64,000 nt of DNA from the NCBI RefSeq assembly GCF_964204645.1, contig NC_134025.1, forward strand, positions 2,604,001-2,668,000, written 5' to 3'. The DNA is from Tubulanus polymorphus. Taxonomy: Eukaryota > Animalia > Nemertea. Of this stretch, positions 60,005 to 64,000 are shown piece after piece. The notes beneath the pieces are model-generated. The model did no database searches. It was not told the origin of the DNA and was given only the letters and a program-made list of their open reading frames with translations. Each line of letters starts with the position of its first letter. The stretch's first letter is position 1. Both the position numbers and the translations under genes were made by a program.

Positions 60005-62121
60005 TGCTTCCAGATACAATAGAATGATGGTTAATAGCACAAGTAATGTTACTACTCCTCATCAGGGACAAGGTTACCGGTCAAATCGTCCGTGGCAACA
60101 AGGAGTCACCACTAGCACTACTGGACTGCGACCCCTTCTCGACGATCCCGGACCTCGACCCGGAGGGATTGCGAATCAAACCAATCGCTTCGAAAATATG
60201 AGTGCGAGGAATCTATCGAATGAGGATTATTGGAACAGCGACGGTAAACAAGACTACAGACCGAAACCTGCATTGTTAGCCACGCCGCAACAACCCGGCA
60301 CGCACGCTCAATCTATTCAAACAACCGATAGACAGTCCAAACATTTTCAAAGTTTTGGGGAAAAAAATGTCTACCGACCCGAGTCGCCTACGAAAGAGTA
60401 TCCGGGAGATGCGAAAATTGTCGCGGAGAAGGTAAGATATATCGTGTGCGTTAAAATGAAATTTTAATTTCACCTCATTTTTTGAGTGACTTGGTAAATT
60501 TCACTTACAAACTCGTTTACCAGGGGTGTTTAATTCTTCAACTATTTTATGGATTTATTATCTTTGTGACTGTAGTCTACTGTAGATGGAATCGCGTTCA
60601 TTGATGACTGATACGTGGTGATCACAGATGTTTAGATACATTGCGCATCGATGATTATTGCACCATCTGTGTTGATGTGTTGTCTCTAAAATCTGTTCCT
60701 TATGATAATTTCTGAATGCATACAAACAGAAATGGTATAGACGTTGACACTGTTTTCAATGACTTTTAGACGTTAACTTATTTTCTGATTCGATTTGATT
60801 CTATTTTTCAGGCGAATGATTTACCGTTCTTCTGCAAGGTAGGTGTTTTCTACGAATTGTTTTTCTCTTTAATAAAATGTTATAAACTCGGGCCCTTCAC
60901 TTCTTAAGTAAGATGGTAGAACATGCTCATTCCCAGATTCACAAAAATGACTCTTTATCTCGGGATTTCTTGCATCTAGATTATATCTACCTTTTGACAC
61001 CACGATTTTCTGGAAACTGATATTAATCTCAATATTTCAGAGTTAGTATATATTCATATATTCAATTTCAATCAAAACAGTTTAAGATACCCATGCAATG
61101 ACCTTAGAAAAAATATATATTCAACTCTTATCTAAATATGTATGTATCTAGTGTGTACCATATCTGCTACATAATCCTTGTTCGTGTATCTATTTGTCTT
61201 ATCTGTATCTTAGCGATCGTCTGTTAAGCTAAGCTCAGGCTCGGAAGGAGTCTTTTCGACATGAGTTCACTTACGATCGCGACGGATTGATCGCAGTTCG
61301 ATCGTAAGGCAAATCGCGAGGATAGAACAAGTTCTATTTTCTATGACCCGATCAGATCTTCGTAGCCAATCAGCGACTATTTTGCTTCAAATAACTTAAA
61401 GACTCTCGGCGATGATCGAATCGTAATCGACTGAGGTGGTCTTACGATTGTGAGACAAATGAATCAGCTGTCACGTGTTTACTGCCTCTGGTTCTTACGT
61501 CGATTTAATCGTTTTGTAAGTCGACCTGGGCTTAGCTTCAATCCTGTCCCTTCCTTAGTAACATCTACATTCATTTCTAAAATTACTCTGTATCATTGTC
61601 ATGATATTTTTGTTTCTCTGATAATGAAGTTTAGTTTACATTTTTGTGACGCATATCTTTTTTATCGATTGATCAGTGCATGAAGTTTATCATACTGTAA
61701 TTCAATATGTCTTTCATATTTCTAGGCTTGTAACATTAATTGCCACAATTATCATCAGTACGCGAATCACTGTCAAGGCAAACACCATCGAATGCTGTAC
61801 GATCAGTTAATCGCACAAAAGGTATTACTTCACTATCTTTACCATCAAAAATCAATGTATATTTGTAACTGTTAAAACATAGATTATGCTAATCCACAAG
61901 ATGGAATGCATAGAAATTTTAGGCTTGGTCCGCTCCTGAAATTTCTGAGATGCCCCAAAAATGTTGATCAAAATGAAGTGAAATATTAAAATGTGAAGTG
62001 AAAATTAAAAAAGTTAATTCATGCGGAATAAATCCATAAGGATCAGAATGTTAAGGATTCATTTATAAATCTTTTTTTTCAAATTCTATTTCAGATTGCA
62101 AACGAAAGTGAAAGACAAGCA
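59904..62121 (+). CDS. Matrin/U1-type (C2H2 CX2CX12HX5H) zinc-finger protein with polyQ low-complexity N-terminus, 5' part
   Basis: Probable non-coding exon ending at 58909 (GTAAGT donor); coding exons 59901-60431, 60812-60838, 61726-61821, 62094-62121 splice in frame to ...ANDLPFFCK|ACNINCHNYHQYANHCQGKHH...; no stop reached, so the gene continues downstream. Confidence 0.75.
59975..60003 (+). repeat. Coding (CAG)n repeat encoding polyQ
   Basis: Uninterrupted CAG run of about 9 units within the zinc-finger gene exon. Confidence 0.9.
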
Positions 62122-63439
62122 GGTATGTATATTTTATATTACAATTCTAGGCACTGTTAATACGAGCTGAATGTGTATGGGCCAGCTGTTCATTTAATCA
62201 ATCAAATTACATTGTACGTGTTGCTAAGTTAAAAAAATGTTTATAATCAAACTCTATTTTACCGTCACAAAAAAACAACAAAAATGTATTATTATAAATT
62301 AATGTTTTGAACGGTCTACTGGTAACAGCTGAGGTGTGATTGACGTAATACCTAGCAGCAGCCGCAGCAGCAGCAGCAGTAGTCAATTTGAACGAATAAA
62401 GGACCTGTTGGAATCCAGATGTGAGAAGCAGCGACACATGTGTGTGAGTCCATGTATAATTTGGCGCTAATACGGAGACAGTTGGTGAATCCTTGGGGTT
62501 CCAATTATGGTTTTGAAAATGCCTGGATCGGATTTTCAAATAAGAATCTGTTTGAAATTATTTGTCCTATCGAATTGCAGTAAAACCATGTTATTTGGTC
62601 AGGACATCCATCAGTATTATCAGACTAACAACAAGAGATGTGGACAGTTCCAACTATCTTCAACGGGATGAAAGAAGGCAACTTAAGCGGAAGAAGATGA
62701 AATGCTTTTTCAATAGCTATTTTTGTAGTGATATTATAGGCTGTTCTGGTGGTCATCGTAAACAGTGAATTATTCTTGACGTGAAGAGATGTTCATGGAA
62801 AGATCCAGTTGAAAATTGTACTCAACTTCGCTAATGCTAAATCAGTATAATTATCAACTTTATACTCAACAGTCAATAGGTGTCATATATCCTGTCGGTT
62901 TCGTACTCCAAGATCTCAAGTATCATTCATACATATGTTTCATGATGAAATTTATATCTAGAGTGTCATCGATGTGAGATGACCTTTCACAGGAGTCGTC
63001 GAACTGCAATCGTTGATCGTTGTGACATAGATTTGGTAGAGTGAATGCTACAATGAAATTGAATTTAATGCATCTGATGGTTTTCACCTACCGGTTGTTT
63101 CCTTGTCGTAGTTGATGCAAGTCTAGTCTTTGAATGAGAGCGAATTTATGGATTTCTGTCTTCAAGAAGTGAAATTCTGGGATTTTATTTTCAAAATTTT
63201 TTCTCTTCGTCTATTGACTTGCTTGAGCGCCACTCGGGGTTTATGAGTAGGTTCAAGGTTTCTTTTTTTCTGATGAAAAGAGAGTCATCAACGCGTGGAA
63301 ACTTCAATCTAGTAACTCTGCTGCCACCGGGATCAAACTGACTCGGCCACTAAAGCTCACCTCTTCAATGTTCGGCCCTAAAATGAGAAATAAGTCTCTT
63401 AAACGTGTCGGGGAATTAAGAGGTTTATCTTCAGCAATC

Positions 63440-63563
63440 AGGTCAACTTCAGAGATGAAATTAGGTCAACTTCAGAGATGAAATTAGGTCAACTTCAGAG
63501 ATGAAATTAGGTCAACTTCAGAGATGAAATTAGGTCAACTTCAGAGATGAAATTAGATCAACT
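63440..63563. repeat. 23-bp minisatellite (AGGTCAACTTCAGAGATGAAATT) x5 plus a partial copy
   Basis: Identical head-to-tail units start at 63440, 63463, 63486, 63509 and 63532, with a partial unit at 63555. Confidence 0.95.
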
Positions 63564-64000
63564 AGAAGACTGTTTCATATTGTACTGTACAGTTTTTGCG
63601 GAGGCTTCATAGTTGAATTGGTACTAATTGGCTTTTGGAAATTGAATACATTTATTTAATTGAACGATTAATATTTACTTTACTTTCAGGACAGCTTATT
63701 TCATGTTACTTATGTTAAGTTGCACGGTGTTATGCTTTACGACACAGAAATCTTTTTCCAGATTGCTTTCTAACTATTTTAGGGATTGATTTTAGATTGA
63801 TATGATATTATTAGTTTTTTCGCATATATTTATACTGAAGATATGTGTATCATTTAGTTGATTCAAAATACGGCGATGTAAAAAGAGTGGAAAAATCGTT
63901 GCCGCCTTCTCGTATTGAGAATCAAAATGAATCGTCATCCGCAAGATTTTCTCATCCTCCGGCAACGGAATCTGTTCGGTAATTATAAAGAAGTTAATTT

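Noticed and set aside
63440-63563. CRISPR-like array of 23-bp repeats
   Set aside because: Units are directly head-to-tail with no unique spacers, there are no cas genes, and the context is eukaryotic; it is a minisatellite.

Overview
AT-rich, intron-containing genomic DNA from a gene-dense bilaterian invertebrate (lophotrochozoan-like; species cannot be determined from sequence alone). Nine spliced protein-coding genes can be traced by hand: the 3' half of a bestrophin (+), CNOT2 (-), TCEANC2 (+), an ERM/moesin-ezrin-radixin gene (-), a KIF25-like kinesin-14 (-), BRF1/TFIIIB90 (+) with a complete BTBD3/6 gene nested antisense in one intron, KCTD3/SHKBP1 (+), a secreted two-VWA-domain protein (+), and the 5' part of a polyQ matrin/U1-type zinc-finger gene (+). 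Many non-autonomous DNA-transposon MITEs are present (piggyBac-, hAT-, Tc1/mariner-, Harbinger- and foldback-like), plus a 23-bp minisatellite. Highlights: the BRF1/BTBD6 nesting, a U12-type intron in BRF1, a 21-nt candidate microexon in ERM with upstream UGCAUG motifs, a very young perfect-palindrome hAT MITE next to a promoter, a near-consensus CTCF motif touching the CNOT2 stop codon, and a TGACAG/TTTAT motif cluster. I found no prokaryotic-type system, CRISPR array or RNA gene, and no clearly new biological system. Exon boundaries were read manually and may be off by a few bases.
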